A stretch of DNA of 64,000 bases from Lachnospiraceae bacterium (GCA_900759665.1 CAAEWE010000058.1:11100-75099); one strand, 5' to 3'. Numbered from the stretch's first letter, positions 35,940 to 47,066 are shown. Numbers and translations: made by a program. Notes: generated by a model not told the origin, from the sequence alone.

Positions 35940-36068
35940 TTTGCCATATCCTTTCACGCAATCCGAATTTGTAAATAACCGGCACAGCCCACGGTTTCTG
36001 CTTCTTTTCCGTTTCTGCCATGCCGGCTGCTTCTGCATTACAGATTATGTTTTATCAATATTTTAAGC

Positions 36069-36977
36069 TTACTCTGTCACATCATTCCAGTCTGTCACTT
36101 CACCGGTAAAGATTTTCTTTACCATGTCAGTAGAGATATCCGTACGCTCATTCTGTGTATTCACGATCACTGCGATTCCATCCAGTGCAATTGCCTTGGA
36201 TTCCAGACCTTTATCCTTCTCGCTGTCTTCCAGTTCTCTGGATGCCATACCAATATCACAGGTGCCATCTGCGGCTGCTGTCATACCCGTTGTAGAATCG
36301 CTTTCCTGAATCTCGATCTCAGCCTTTGTATTGACTTTCTTATATGCCTCCGCCAGTTTTTCCATAACAGGTGTTACAGAAGAAGAACCTGCTACCACAA
36401 GCTTTCCGGATTCACCGGAAGTCTTGAATGCCTTTGCGTTATCGACAGAAGTGATATATCCGTTGTCCTCAACAACCTTCTGGCCATCTTCACTCATAAT
36501 ATAGTCAATAAAGTCCTGCGCCAGCTTTCCGGCTTTGCCCTTTGTGGCAATATTGAACGGACGGGAAAGGCTGTATTTTCCATCCTTGATATTGGCTGCT
36601 GTCGGCTCGACACCGTCAACATTGAGTGCCTTTACTGTATCATTCAGGGAACCGGTAGAAGAATATCCGATTGCATACTCGTCACCGGAAACAGTTGTCA
36701 TCATAATCTCTGTACTGTTAGAAATAATTGCATTTGCTGTTGTATTATCCGTTTTGTTGCCATCTGCATCCTTCTCTTCTACGCCGGTAAGCTCTACAAA
36801 AGCACCTCTTGTACCGGAACCATCCTCACGGGATACTACACTGATTGGCTGGCTGGCACTTCCACCGGAAGATGATCCTGCATCAGAGCCTGCATTTCCA
36901 TTGCTGCCACAGCCTGTCATTAGTGCCGCTGCACACATTACACTCATTGCTACTGCCAATAATTTACTCTTTCTCAT
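36069..36977 (-). CDS. pstS: phosphate-binding lipoprotein PstS
   Basis: Lipobox MTGCGS. PBP-like GSGTRGAF... Start MRKSKLL at 36977 with a GAGGA RBS. Confidence 0.85.
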   Translation of the reverse strand: MRKSKLLAVAMSVMCAAALMTGCGSNGNAGSDAGSSSGGSASQPISVVSREDGSGTRGAFVELTGVEEKDADGNKTDNTTANAIISNSTEIMMTTVSGDEYAIGYSSTGSLNDTVKALNVDGVEPTAANIKDGKYSLSRPFNIATKGKAGKLAQDFIDYIMSEDGQKVVEDNGYITSVDNAKAFKTSGESGKLVVAGSSSVTPVMEKLAEAYKKVNTKAEIEIQESDSTTGMTAAADGTCDIGMASRELEDSEKDKGLESKAIALDGIAVIVNTQNERTDISTDMVKKIFTGEVTDWNDVTE

Positions 36978-37039
36978 AATATTGTCCTCATTTCTGCACT
37001 GCATCTTTTCTTATATATTGCTTCATATCCGGCAGTGCA

Positions 37040-37130
37040 CAAAATATAAAGCCACCGTCTTTCGACGATGACTTAATGATAAAATGAGAACGTAAAATCT
37101 ACTATCGTATTTACGTCAAGATTGTGTAAA
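37040..37130. promoter_or_regulatory. Copy B of the duplicated pst promoter-like sequence with Pho-box-like repeats (TTTACACA / TTGACGTAAATA), upstream of pstS
   Basis: About 80-85% identical to 14860-14945. Lies 65-150 nt upstream of the pstS ATG and overlaps the 3' end of the sirC-like gene. Confidence 0.5.
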
Positions 37131-37757
37131 ACCTTTGTGAATTAATTCTTCCATTTCCTGTATGGAAAGTGCTCCGGACTGTTCTCTGCTTTTATGTATC
37201 ACCAGATCATAATACTGCTTTCGCTGCTGTTCTGTCGGAAATGCTTTCTTTACCTGCGGCCGGATCTGCCCCAGCCTTTCATTTAATACCCCGAAATAAT
37301 CCGGGATCTGTCCCTGCAGCTCCTGACGAAGCTTTTTGATCAATGCCGGACTGTTACCACCACTGGAAAATCCGGCTACAATATCCCCCTGTTTCACCAG
37401 AGACGGAAAATAAAAGCTGCATTTTTCCTTATCATCGACCACGTTTACCAAAATCCTCTCCCGACGGCAGTATTCCGATATTTCCCGGTTACACTCCTCA
37501 TTGTCGGTCGCTGCGATCACAAAAAACTTCTGCTCCAAATCTTTTTTTTCATACCCACGGCACAATAGTTTCATCTGTCCGGAATATTTCCCGGTAAGAT
37601 CACGGATTGATTCACATATCTCCAGGGAAACCACAGTTATATTCACACCAAAGGGAAGTAATTCACGAATCTTGCGAAATGCCACATCGCCTCCCCCGAC
37701 CACAAGGCATTCCTTTCCTTCCAGTTCTATAAAAAACGGAAAATACGCCATATTCAT
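37116..37757 (-). CDS. precorrin-2 dehydrogenase / sirohydrochlorin ferrochelatase (SirC / CysG N-terminal-domain type)
   Basis: MNMAYFPFFIELEGKECLVVGGGDVAFRKIRELL Rossmann motif. Start at M49 of the track ORF with an AGAAAGG RBS. Confidence 0.7.
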   Translation of the reverse strand: MNMAYFPFFIELEGKECLVVGGGDVAFRKIRELLPFGVNITVVSLEICESIRDLTGKYSGQMKLLCRGYEKKDLEQKFFVIAATDNEECNREISEYCRRERILVNVVDDKEKCSFYFPSLVKQGDIVAGFSSGGNSPALIKKLRQELQGQIPDYFGVLNERLGQIRPQVKKAFPTEQQRKQYYDLVIHKSREQSGALSIQEMEELIHKGFTQS

Positions 37758-37809
37758 TAACCAGCCTTTCTGCCTGTTTATTTTGAAGCTGTATCCGTGT
37801 TTTACGCAA

Positions 37810-38739
37810 CTAACGCAGGCAGATATATACCACATAAGCGGCATACATGGCAAGCATGGAAATTCCCTCCCAGCGAACCAGCTTCTGCTTTGTCCAGGCA
37901 AAGCAGAGTACGATGATGCTCATAACCACCAGCACAATGATATCTATGATATTTTCCATCTGGAAGACCATTGGATGAATGGCTGCTGCAACGCCAAGAA
38001 CAAACAATATATTAAAGATATTGGAACCGATGACATTGCCCAGTGCCATATCCACCTCATGCTTTCTGGCCGCCACGACAGAAGTAGCAAGCTCCGGCAG
38101 ACTGGTACCAAATGCCACAATCGTCAGACCGATCAGATTCTGGCTCATTCCAAAGGAAGCGGCGATTGCAGAAGTTGCATCTACAACAAGCTGACCTCCC
38201 GCCGCAATGGCTGCTCCACCTCCTACAATATACATAATACACTGCCAGACAGGACGGATCTCATATTCGTCCTCTTCTGCATTTTCGCTTCTAGCCTTCT
38301 GGGCAGACCGGATCATCCAGAGCAGAAAGCCAACAAACAAAACCAGCATAATAAATCCATCCATATGCCCCAATGTCATACCGAACCAGCCAAGAACCAT
38401 CAGAATGACTGCCACGATTACAGAAAATGGAAACTCCCCCGTCAGAGTACTCCGGCTGACTGCCAGTGGACAAAACAAGGTACAAAAGCCACAGACCACC
38501 ATCAGATTAAAGATATTGGAACCCACCGCATTTCCTACCGCTACACCGGTATTACCCGCAATTGCTGCACTGATACTGACCGCACATTCCGGCAGACTGG
38601 TTCCCATGGCCACAATGGTCAGGCCAATGATCAGGGAAGGTACCCGAAGCCGCTTGGCAATGCTGGAACTTCCATCCACAAAAAAGTCTGCTCCCTTAAG
38701 CAGCAAAACAAATCCTACCACTAACAATAAATAATCCAT
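37810..38739 (-). CDS. Ca2+/Na+ antiporter (CaCA / YrbG family)
   Basis: Two alpha-repeats, GTSLPE(C/L)A, one in each half, and about 10 TM helices. Confidence 0.8.
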   Translation of the reverse strand: MDYLLLVVGFVLLLKGADFFVDGSSSIAKRLRVPSLIIGLTIVAMGTSLPECAVSISAAIAGNTGVAVGNAVGSNIFNLMVVCGFCTLFCPLAVSRSTLTGEFPFSVIVAVILMVLGWFGMTLGHMDGFIMLVLFVGFLLWMIRSAQKARSENAEEDEYEIRPVWQCIMYIVGGGAAIAAGGQLVVDATSAIAASFGMSQNLIGLTIVAFGTSLPELATSVVAARKHEVDMALGNVIGSNIFNILFVLGVAAAIHPMVFQMENIIDIIVLVVMSIIVLCFAWTKQKLVRWEGISMLAMYAAYVVYICLR

Positions 38740-38837
38740 TTGATTTTCCTCTTTCTTTCAGCATATGAACAAATCTTATAGCACCAATCATGCTTTGTCA
38801 ATGCGTGAAACAGAGAAATCCTGTATATTGGCAGCAT

Positions 38838-40154
38838 TTAGAGCATATTCTCCAGAAAGGTGGCATAGCCTCTGGTGACATCCCGCACAAACACATGGGT
38901 TACGGCTCCGATACATTTTCCGTTCTGCAGCAGAGGAGCCCCGCTCATTCCCTGTACGATCCCACCGGCCTTCTCAAGTAATTCCGGATCAGTCACATGA
39001 ATCTCCATCCCTTTATTATCTCTAGAGGAAAGATTAATCTTCTCAATCTCCACCTCATATTCCCGCACTTTATCGTCCAACTGACATAATATCGCTGCCT
39101 TTCCCTTTTTTACATCCTGCCTGCATCCCACCGCACAAGATGCTGACTCCCGAAATTTATATTGCTGATTGGAAATGATCCCCGTAATGCCAAGAGACGT
39201 ATTGTTTCGTATCTCCCCCAGCCTGTTCTCTCTGCCCAGCTGAACCAGCCCCGCCAACTGCCCCGGAGTTCCGTTTTTACCTTTCACTACATGATCGATC
39301 TTTGCAGGATATAGTCCTCCATTCTGCAGACGTATCAGCAGTTCCGTATCTGCATCGTTGATTCCGTGTCCCAGTGCCGCAAACTCATTTTCCTCTGTTA
39401 CAAAAGTAAGTGTTCCAATTCCTTCCGTATCCTCCCGCAGCCACGCTCCGATCTGATAAGTTCCGTTTTGTGCCAGAACTGGCGATAATTTTAGTTTTAT
39501 TTTTCTGGAATCTCTTTTGACACCGAGGATCACCTTTCCTGCTCCGCTCTTCTGGATCGCCTTGCTGACATCCCGGATCGTAACCACCGGCTGTCCATTC
39601 ACCTCATAAATATAATCTCCGGTCTGTAGTTTATTGTAGGATGGCATCTTTTGATTTCCTTTGGAAACAGGTATCTTTCCTGTTCCCAGCACCATGAGTC
39701 CATCGGAATGGATATAGAGTCCCACGGCTTTTCCCACCGGCATCACTTTTGCTTCCTTGCGGACATCGATGGTGATCTTTTTGCACGGAATCATCCCAAA
39801 CAGGCGCACCTCTCCCCGCATACTGCCGCATTTCTGTGCAGTCACCGCCAATGGACCTGCCATACTGAACTGAATATGTTTTCCAACCTTCTGTGCATGG
39901 TCAATACTGACCTGTGCTACCTCCACTTCTGTCTGATCCACCCGTACCTGGGTAAAGGGAATCCCAAAATCTATATTTTCGATCCGGTTCTGAAAAAGAA
40001 CGATTTCATCCGGGATACGGTTTCTCATTTCAAAATACCAGTACACCGCAGTAAACGCCACAACAACGATCAAAACTCCCAGCAGACATGACCGGTATAT
40101 CCATTTCTGCCTCTGGGTCATACGATAACTCTGTCTTGTATGTCTGGTATACAT
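38838..40154 (-). CDS. spoIVB: SpoIVB sporulation serine peptidase (PDZ domain plus S55 peptidase)
   Basis: S55 catalytic region ...GMSGAPLLQNGKCIGAVTHVFV... and a PDZ domain. Start at M34 of the track ORF with AAGGAG upstream. Confidence 0.85.
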   Translation of the reverse strand: MYTRHTRQSYRMTQRQKWIYRSCLLGVLIVVVAFTAVYWYFEMRNRIPDEIVLFQNRIENIDFGIPFTQVRVDQTEVEVAQVSIDHAQKVGKHIQFSMAGPLAVTAQKCGSMRGEVRLFGMIPCKKITIDVRKEAKVMPVGKAVGLYIHSDGLMVLGTGKIPVSKGNQKMPSYNKLQTGDYIYEVNGQPVVTIRDVSKAIQKSGAGKVILGVKRDSRKIKLKLSPVLAQNGTYQIGAWLREDTEGIGTLTFVTEENEFAALGHGINDADTELLIRLQNGGLYPAKIDHVVKGKNGTPGQLAGLVQLGRENRLGEIRNNTSLGITGIISNQQYKFRESASCAVGCRQDVKKGKAAILCQLDDKVREYEVEIEKINLSSRDNKGMEIHVTDPELLEKAGGIVQGMSGAPLLQNGKCIGAVTHVFVRDVTRGYATFLENML

Positions 40155-40310
40155 TCCGTCACTCCTTCCATAAAGGTAAAACCAAAGAACATTTATATCA
40201 TTATGATACAAAATGTTCTTTTCTATACGATACCAGTAAAGAATGACGATCATTTACCGCAATATGTTATCCCGATTTACAAATTTATGCGGACAGTATA
40301 AAAAAGCCTC

Positions 40311-41999
40311 TCAGATCCCCAGACTGCTTTTGGCCTGCTCTGCCATCTGCTTCATCTCCGCCGCACTCTCCCTGACAGAATCCGTGATCTCCACGCCTCC
40401 CAAAATCCTTGCCAGCTCATTTACCGATTCATCGGTATTTAACCTGCGGATATCCGTGGAAGTATGATCCCTGTGGCTGCTCTTTTCGATCAGATAATGG
40501 GAATCTGCCATCGCTGCTATCTGTGCCAGATGGGAAATACAGATAACCTGATGTGTATTGCCAATATAGGACATCTTCTCTGCCACCATCTGTGCCGTCC
40601 GTCCACTGATCCCTACGTCGATCTCATCAAAGATCAGCGTCGGTATCTCGTCATGCTGTGCCAGTACTGCCTTCACCGCAAGCATGATCCTGGACAGCTC
40701 TCCTCCGGATGCCGCCTCACCGATCGGCTTCCGGTCCATCCCCGGATTCGTGGAAAGCATAAACTCCACTTCATCCTGTCCATAGCGGTTCATATGTCCC
40801 AGCGGGCGCACTGCAATCTCAAACTGTACCTGCAGAAAATTCAGCTCCTTTAAAGCTTTGACGATCTCCTGCTCCAGTCGCCGGCTGACCTTCCTGCGGA
40901 TCTGCGTGATCTCCTCTGCCAGCCCCTGCAGCTTCTGCTCCTGCTCTGTCAGACGCTGCTGCAGACTCTCCCGGTACTCTGCATACTCCTCATAGCGTGC
41001 CAGCTTCTCCTGAAGCTTCTCCGCATATGCCTGTACCTGTGCCGTTGTAGCTCCATACTTCGCCTTGACGGTACGGATCAGGTCTAACCGGCTCTCCACC
41101 AGGGCAAGCTGCTCTCCTCCAGTCTCAAAATCACTCATATAATCCGAGATATCCCGATTAAAGTCCATCAATAGAGAATCGATCTCCGATAACTGACTGT
41201 AAAACTCCTCCATCTGTGGACTAAACTCCGCCAGCCTGTGAAGAATACGGACACTCTGCCCCAACTGCTCTGCCGCCGTGGCATTGCCCTCCGCGGTCAG
41301 AGAATAAATCTCCCCCAGACCTGACGCAATGGAAGTGGCATTGGACAGCTCTCTGTACTGCTCCTCCAGACGATCCTCCTCGCCATGTACCAGAGCAGCC
41401 TGCTCAATCTCCTCCAGCTCATACTTCATAAAAGAAATCTCCCGGAGACGCTCCTCCTCCGGTATCTCCTGACCGGATAACTCCTGCAAAAGCTCCTGAT
41501 ATCCCCGGTAGCCCTCCTCCATCTGCACCAGACGGTCTCCAAGCTCCTCTCTGGCATAACGGTCCACGATCTCCATATGCTTTGCACTATGAAGAAGAGA
41601 CTGCTGCTCATTCTGCCCATGAATATCGATCATGATATCCGCAATGCGGCGTATCATGGAAAGTGTCACGCTCTCCCCATTGATGCGGTTAACACTGCGT
41701 CCGGCCATGATCTTACGGGAAATAAGGATCTCGTCCTCCTCCATGGATATCCCCATCTCGCGAACCAGCTCCCGCTGCCGCCGTGTATCCGCCCGGAATG
41801 TAAGCTCCACCAGGGCATACTCTGCTCCCTTGCGGATCACGTCCTTGGGGCTTTTCTGACCCAGAGCCAGGTTGATCGATCCGATGATAATAGACTTTCC
41901 TGCACCGGTCTCTCCGGTCAGTACATTGAAATGATCGGAAAAGTCCACCTCCACCTCATCGATGATCGCCAGATTCTTTACATGTAAATTTACTAACAC
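40311..41999 (-). CDS. recN: DNA repair protein RecN
   Basis: N-terminal Walker A LTGETGAGKS, SMC-like coiled coil and C-terminal signature/Walker B. Confidence 0.9.
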   Translation of the reverse strand: MLVNLHVKNLAIIDEVEVDFSDHFNVLTGETGAGKSIIIGSINLALGQKSPKDVIRKGAEYALVELTFRADTRRQRELVREMGISMEEDEILISRKIMAGRSVNRINGESVTLSMIRRIADIMIDIHGQNEQQSLLHSAKHMEIVDRYAREELGDRLVQMEEGYRGYQELLQELSGQEIPEEERLREISFMKYELEEIEQAALVHGEEDRLEEQYRELSNATSIASGLGEIYSLTAEGNATAAEQLGQSVRILHRLAEFSPQMEEFYSQLSEIDSLLMDFNRDISDYMSDFETGGEQLALVESRLDLIRTVKAKYGATTAQVQAYAEKLQEKLARYEEYAEYRESLQQRLTEQEQKLQGLAEEITQIRRKVSRRLEQEIVKALKELNFLQVQFEIAVRPLGHMNRYGQDEVEFMLSTNPGMDRKPIGEAASGGELSRIMLAVKAVLAQHDEIPTLIFDEIDVGISGRTAQMVAEKMSYIGNTHQVICISHLAQIAAMADSHYLIEKSSHRDHTSTDIRRLNTDESVNELARILGGVEITDSVRESAAEMKQMAEQAKSSLGI

Positions 42000-42107
42000 C
42001 GCTTACTCCTTTCTCGCAGTTTACCGCTTCCCTTGTGGAAAGTATAGCATAAAGAAAACGCCTGTTCAAGGCTTTTCTCGAACAGACGTTCTTTTTGTGC
42101 AATTTGA

Positions 42108-45100
42108 CTAATTCAGACTGGTGATGGTAACACGACATGCCATCTTACATCCGTTGACCGTCGCATAGATATATGTGGTACCTACGCTTCGTCCCACAAC
42201 CTTACCATTGACTACCGTTGCTACTCTCTGATTCGATGAGTACCAGGTCGCTGCTGCTGTGGTTCCCTCCACCGTCAATGTCTCGGTATCATACTGGCGC
42301 ATATTCAGGGTACTGCGGTTCAGGGATACGACGTTGACCGCCACGGTCGAGGTGACGCCTCCGTCTGCCAGAATCGTAATGGTACAGTTTCCTGTTCCGG
42401 TCGCTGTTACCGTTCCATTTCCGGATACTTTTGCCACTCTGCGGTTATCCGATGCAAAGGAAATATTATCCGATGTGTTGTTCGGAAGCACGGAGTACGA
42501 CAATTTTGTGGAATCTCCCGGCTTCAGGGTCAGATCCGTCTGTGCAACGACAATGCCGGTTGCCGGAACCTTTTCCGTCACCTTGATCACACAGACTGCC
42601 TTCTTTTTGCCTCCGTCCTTCGTGACTGCAGTGATCTTCGTTTCACCCTCTGCAATACCGCGAACCATACCATCATTCTCCACGGTTGCAATGCTTGTAT
42701 CTGCTGAGCTCCATGTCACATTATGAAGTGTTGTGTTCTTTGGCTTCATGGATACATGCAGTTTTCTGGTACCTCCGACATAGCAGACTGCGTAGTTCGG
42801 TACGATCTGAATGGAGGATGCTCTCTGGATGACACGTACCTTACAGCTTGCCTTCACCTTCAAACGATCTCTTGATACTGCTGTGATCGTTGTCATTCCA
42901 ACCTTTTTCGCCTTAATTTTTCCCTTTTGATTGACGGAAGCAATCTTTTTACGGGAGGTCTTCCAGCGGACAGCCGGTGTCTTTGTATTATTCGACCATA
43001 CATTGACTTTCATGCGGTATGTAGTTCCCACACCCATCCTGATACCTGTTTTTCCTAATTTGACCGTTGTGCGCAGGGTTGCCACGGTCACCTCACAGGT
43101 GGCTGTGACGTTATATCTGGTCAAGGTACAGGAAATTGTACATTTTCCTTTTTTCAGACCTGTCACCTTGCCGTTTTCATTGACCTTGGCAATCGACGGA
43201 TCGGAGCTCTGCCAGGTTGAGGCCGGATCTGCCTCTGCCGGTACGATCACTTTTGTGATAGTGAAGCTCTTGCCCAGTGCGATCTCTCTGGAAGAAGGCT
43301 TCAGAGTCAGGCTTACGCCCTCAATAACGGTTACATTACAATATACAACGATCTTTCCTTCATCGGACTGACAGATAATCGTTGCCGTACCTTTCTTTAC
43401 AGCGGTAACAACACCCTTTTCATCGACTGTCGCAACATCCGGATCAGAAGACTGATACGTTACCTTCTGGTTCGTTGCATCTGCCGGGGTAAATACCGAT
43501 GTGATCTGGAAGGTAGAACCTGTCTCTACCTGCTGATCTGTTGGCGTTACATTAAAACTGATCACATTTACATATGCTTTTAACACCTTCACAGAGCAGG
43601 TCGCAATGATATTACCCTCGACTGACTGACAGATAATGGTCGTATCTCCGATCTCCACACCGGTTACAAGACCATTTTCATCAACCGTTGCGATCTTCTC
43701 ATTGGAACTGCTGTATTTGACCTTCTGATTACTTGCATCTGCCGGAGTAAATACCGGTGTGATATAGAAGGTTTCACCAACACGTACCTGCTGTTCCTTT
43801 GGCTCTACCGTAAAGTCCTGTACCGGCACCGGAGGCGTAACCACGGTTACCGTACATGTTCTGACAAGCTCTCCGTCATCAGAACGGCCAATGATCACTG
43901 CCGATCCCTCGCTGATACCATTTACAACACCATTTTCATCAATGGTTGCAACAGTGTCATCCGAACTGTAAAAATAAACCTTCTGATTGGTTGCATCTGC
44001 CGGATCAAACACTGGTTCTACTGTATAATTATCCCCTACATACAACTCTCTGTGAGCCGGTGTCAGTTTAAAATCAACTGCTTTCACCACAGCCGGTTCC
44101 ACCGTGATCTTACAATAGATCGGATTCCATACCGTTCCCGTGATCGGATCCTTATAAACGGCTCCAATCGACACGCTTCCCTCTGCCACTGCTGTCACAA
44201 GACCGTTGCTGTCAACGGTTGCAATACTTTCATCCGTAGATGACCAGCTCAGATTCTGATACGTTGCCGTCACCGGGTCAAAAATGCTCTCAATCTGGAG
44301 AGTATCTCCTACATGCATAGAAGCATTATCAGGCTTTAACGTGATGTTTTTGGCTGGTACGTCCTGACTGATGACCTTTACCGTACAGGTGACTGCACCT
44401 ACGATACCAAGATCCTCCGGCACACAGGTGATCCATGCTACTTCTCCTGCCTTCAGACCGGTGATATTACCATCGGCATCCACCGATACCACGTTACTGT
44501 TGGTAGATGTCCAGCTTACATTTGTATTTACATGATCAGCCGGATCAAAGATCAACGCGTTCTTTAAGGATACGGTATCTCCCTCTTTGATCTCGTATTC
44601 ATTCTGCGTAAATGACACAGAATTCAGCCGGTTACGGACATGTACTTTAATGATCTTAAAGACAGTTCCGTTTGCTACGGTGATGTTGGCATCTCCCGGT
44701 GCTACTGCGGTGATCGTGCCACCCTGCACCTTGGCAATCTTCTCACTGTCCGTATTCCACAATAATGTACTGTCTGTGGCATCACTTGGTACGATCGTCG
44801 TCTGTACTGTGTACTGGTCACCGGCGATCATATCAATTTCCTCTACATCCGTAATAATGTCTGTGACCGGATTCTTTTTAATATTAATACAACATCTTGC
44901 CACCAGATTATAAGGGTTAAATACCGGTTCTACAGAGATCCAGACGGTGTCCTCTTTCAACAGGGTTACTACACCATTCTCATCAACGGTTGCGATGGAA
45001 GGATCGCTGGTAGTCCATTTCAGCTTTGTATTGGTTGCATTGGATGGAGAATACTTCGCCTTCAGAAATACAAAACCTGCTGACAGATATGTGTCCAGAT

Positions 45101-47066
45101 TCTCCCCCTGTTCAATACTCAGTTCACTGATCGCTGCCGTTACGGTAACACGACAGGTTGCATAGACGTTATTGTCCTTATTTAATACGGTAACGGTCGT
45201 GGTGCCTGTCTTGGTTCCGGCCGTCAGTTTTGCTTTTGTGTTTCCCTGCTGCGGCTCTACCTTTACCATGTCCGGATCTGCAGAGATCCAGGTCAGATTC
45301 TGCTGTCCGCTCAGACCGGAATCCAGATAATCAACACTTCCAACTTCCATCTCAAGCTCTGTACGATCCAGAGGAATCGTCGTTGCTGAGGTGGTTACAT
45401 AAATCTTACAGGAGGCAACTCTTGTAACGGCCTGATCATCGGTCCAGTAAAGACGGATCGTCACCGGACTGTCCGCTGCTGTTTCCTTCTTGGCGGTCAC
45501 TGTCGCATACTGTGCGTTGGAGCTCATAGACACATAAGTCTCATTTTCATCACTGGATTCCCAGCGGAAGGAACTGGAATCTGTATATACTCCGGAACCG
45601 ATAATGCCGGTCAGATCCAGTTTTGAGCCCACTGCCATAGTTGCATTGGAGACATTTAACGAGAAGGTATCCGTTACATTGATCCGGACTTCTACCTCCT
45701 GTCCCTGACTGATCCCCGGAAGTGTCTCCGATGGCAGGGAATTGCATTTCACCCGGTAAACCGCAGTTCCCTTTGCCTCACCGGTAACGATCCATTTCTT
45801 ATAATCTACAGATACCCATTTACCGGAATTATCGACTTCAGAAAGGCTAAAATTGCTGCTCAGACTCTGCTGTGATATATTGAATGCCTCTGCCAGTTCA
45901 TATAAACCGCCGATGTTGACGGTGACATCCTTATCCACAAACTTACCATTAACATCCGCATTAAAATATACCGGCGTGCATCCCAGAAATGTCTCGGAAT
46001 CCTGAGCTGTATCAAAATCGGTGTATGTACCCTTAACGTAGAACATAACAATATACTGTCCTGCTTTGGCATCCATCCGGAATGTATTGGTGGAACTGTC
46101 ATAGACTAAGTTGGCATCGTCACCATTAGTTCCTTTATTTCCCAGAGAATCCCTTACCAGCGTTCTCTTTGTGCCACTTCTCTTGGCAATGACCCAGGTC
46201 ACTTTATCGAGAACACCTTCCAGAGGATTGGAAGAGAATAATGCAGGAATCCATATCCTGTCATTCTTTTCCATGGTAATGATCCTGGAAGAATCGGAAT
46301 CCAGCCTCTCCCCGGAGCTGCTATCCTTGCGGATCTCCGGCCGTACATATACGTCAATGGAATCGTTATATTCGTTTTTGCCATCGTTATATGTAACCGA
46401 CAACTGTGTCTTACCGGCACCTACCGCCATTACCAGAGGCTCTGCCGCTGATCCACTGACACGGATAACGTCTTCATTACTGCTATACCATACGGCATTC
46501 TGACTTGTTGCATCACCAAAGATCAGATTCAGCTTGCCGGTATCTGTCTTGGCATTTTTACCAAGATACAGCGTTTTCCCATAATCCATGACAATGGAAC
46601 GTCTCGAATCACCGGTACGGATCTTTGTCATCTTTGCCGGAGCATCAGAGGACAAAAACTCGTTGATAGAGAAAACCACATCAATGGCCACGTTTCTTGT
46701 CTCCACACTGCCATCCGCATGGGAAATGGTACAGGTCAGACCAACCTTACCCATGTTCTGCACAGAAACACTGACCTGACGTGTATGGGCAGTTGCCGGC
46801 TCTACTGTCAGGATCCCGGTGTTGGCACTGGTCCACTCACATTGGTCTCCGGCTGCATAGTCCGACAAGCCAAAAGTTGCCGTTGCACGACGAAGCTCAT
46901 AGGTACCTGTGATAGGATTACCCTCATCATCGATCACATCATAGTTTGCCGCCATGGATGAACGATTCATCCGATATCCTGTCATCACCAGAAAAACACC
47001 GAAAAATAAAATCAGTATTCCAAGTATCCATGTCCTTTTTTTCATCATCCGGAATCGTTTCTTCAT
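42108..47066 (-). CDS. 1652-aa cell-surface protein with more than 12 tandem bacterial Ig-like (Big_2) domains
   Basis: Signal/TM N-terminus. Reiterated ...SS(D/N)..(V/I)ATVD.NG.VT....G.A.I... Big_2 units. Confidence 0.8.
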   Translation of the reverse strand: MKKRFRMMKKRTWILGILILFFGVFLVMTGYRMNRSSMAANYDVIDDEGNPITGTYELRRATATFGLSDYAAGDQCEWTSANTGILTVEPATAHTRQVSVSVQNMGKVGLTCTISHADGSVETRNVAIDVVFSINEFLSSDAPAKMTKIRTGDSRRSIVMDYGKTLYLGKNAKTDTGKLNLIFGDATSQNAVWYSSNEDVIRVSGSAAEPLVMAVGAGKTQLSVTYNDGKNEYNDSIDVYVRPEIRKDSSSGERLDSDSSRIITMEKNDRIWIPALFSSNPLEGVLDKVTWVIAKRSGTKRTLVRDSLGNKGTNGDDANLVYDSSTNTFRMDAKAGQYIVMFYVKGTYTDFDTAQDSETFLGCTPVYFNADVNGKFVDKDVTVNIGGLYELAEAFNISQQSLSSNFSLSEVDNSGKWVSVDYKKWIVTGEAKGTAVYRVKCNSLPSETLPGISQGQEVEVRINVTDTFSLNVSNATMAVGSKLDLTGIIGSGVYTDSSSFRWESSDENETYVSMSSNAQYATVTAKKETAADSPVTIRLYWTDDQAVTRVASCKIYVTTSATTIPLDRTELEMEVGSVDYLDSGLSGQQNLTWISADPDMVKVEPQQGNTKAKLTAGTKTGTTTVTVLNKDNNVYATCRVTVTAAISELSIEQGENLDTYLSAGFVFLKAKYSPSNATNTKLKWTTSDPSIATVDENGVVTLLKEDTVWISVEPVFNPYNLVARCCINIKKNPVTDIITDVEEIDMIAGDQYTVQTTIVPSDATDSTLLWNTDSEKIAKVQGGTITAVAPGDANITVANGTVFKIIKVHVRNRLNSVSFTQNEYEIKEGDTVSLKNALIFDPADHVNTNVSWTSTNSNVVSVDADGNITGLKAGEVAWITCVPEDLGIVGAVTCTVKVISQDVPAKNITLKPDNASMHVGDTLQIESIFDPVTATYQNLSWSSTDESIATVDSNGLVTAVAEGSVSIGAVYKDPITGTVWNPIYCKITVEPAVVKAVDFKLTPAHRELYVGDNYTVEPVFDPADATNQKVYFYSSDDTVATIDENGVVNGISEGSAVIIGRSDDGELVRTCTVTVVTPPVPVQDFTVEPKEQQVRVGETFYITPVFTPADASNQKVKYSSSNEKIATVDENGLVTGVEIGDTTIICQSVEGNIIATCSVKVLKAYVNVISFNVTPTDQQVETGSTFQITSVFTPADATNQKVTYQSSDPDVATVDEKGVVTAVKKGTATIICQSDEGKIVVYCNVTVIEGVSLTLKPSSREIALGKSFTITKVIVPAEADPASTWQSSDPSIAKVNENGKVTGLKKGKCTISCTLTRYNVTATCEVTVATLRTTVKLGKTGIRMGVGTTYRMKVNVWSNNTKTPAVRWKTSRKKIASVNQKGKIKAKKVGMTTITAVSRDRLKVKASCKVRVIQRASSIQIVPNYAVCYVGGTRKLHVSMKPKNTTLHNVTWSSADTSIATVENDGMVRGIAEGETKITAVTKDGGKKKAVCVIKVTEKVPATGIVVAQTDLTLKPGDSTKLSYSVLPNNTSDNISFASDNRRVAKVSGNGTVTATGTGNCTITILADGGVTSTVAVNVVSLNRSTLNMRQYDTETLTVEGTTAAATWYSSNQRVATVVNGKVVGRSVGTTYIYATVNGCKMACRVTITSLN

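Noticed and set aside
37501-38724. 407-aa plus-strand ORF rich in His/Gln/Asn
   Set aside because: Antisense shadow of the CaCA antiporter and sirC genes.
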